Origin: a virus
Taxonomy: Duplodnaviria > Heunggongvirae > Uroviricota > Caudoviricetes
Length of the DNA stretch: 5,206 bases
Direction: 5' to 3' (one strand)
IMG/VR virus record: IMGVR_UViG_2740892423_000010
Location: 1 to 5,206 of that record
In this document: piece after piece, positions 5,053 through 5,206 of the stretch
How the letters are laid out: each line of letters begins with the position of its first letter
Position numbering within the stretch: the stretch's first letter is position 1
The notes under the pieces: model-generated
What the model saw: only the letters and a program-made list of their open reading frames with translations
The model's database searches: none
What the model was told of the DNA's origin: nothing
Translations under genes and position numbers: made by a program

Positions 5053-5206
5053 GCGAATCAAAATGTCAGGTTAATAGCAATCAGATAGAACCATGTGCGG
5101 TACTGGCAAAAGCCCTTGAGCATGATGCTGAATACACGACGCGAAAAGGTCTGCTGATATACAAAATCTGGAATGAGAGTTTAACTCGCGGCCCTGATTT
5201 GGTGAT
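5049..5206 (+). CDS. Partial hypothetical CDS (candidate GTG start at 5049, runs off right edge); VSESKCQVNSNQIEPCAVLAKALEHDAEYTTRKGLLIYKIWNESLTRGPDLV...
   Basis: Open frame to the window end. GTG overlaps the upstream stop (GTGA) and is preceded by AGGAGG (5036..5041). No family recognised. Confidence 0.3.
   Translation, partial: MSESKCQVNSNQIEPCAVLAKALEHDAEYTTRKGLLIYKIWNESLTRGPDLV

Noticed and set aside
1-5206. tRNA, rRNA, insertion sequence or integron features
   Set aside because: No cloverleaf-compatible segments, no transposase-like ORF flanked by terminal inverted repeats, no attC-like sites were seen; the long palindromes found are promoter-associated operators.

Overview
This window reads as the immunity/early-replication region of a lambdoid (cryptic) enterobacterial prophage. 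All protein-family calls are from reading the translations and hand-indexing coordinates; no search was run. Minus strand, right to left: an HTH (XRE/DicA-type) repressor, a 63-aa antitoxin and a ParE/RelE-family toxin (a three-component paaR-paaA-parE-like module), an intrinsic terminator, then an operator-controlled promoter driving two small genes (ydfA-like, and a partial acidic ORF running off the left edge). Plus strand, diverging from the repressor: a YdaS-type Cro-like HTH gene, a YdaT-like gene, a replication initiator (N-terminal winged-helix plus C-terminal DnaT-like domain) with iteron-like repeats inside its linker, a lambda-P-like helicase loader, and two genes built from winged-helix-like modules of unknown function. 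The most notable sequence-level observation is a 39-bp palindrome (15-bp arms, 9-bp spacer) present twice, each copy overlapping a sigma70-like promoter. The repressor-TA plus YdaS/YdaT arrangement matches a system I recall as described in E. coli O157:H7 cryptic prophages, so that part is probably not novel; the dual-operator wiring, the ori candidate and the winged-helix gene pair are the items worth follow-up.
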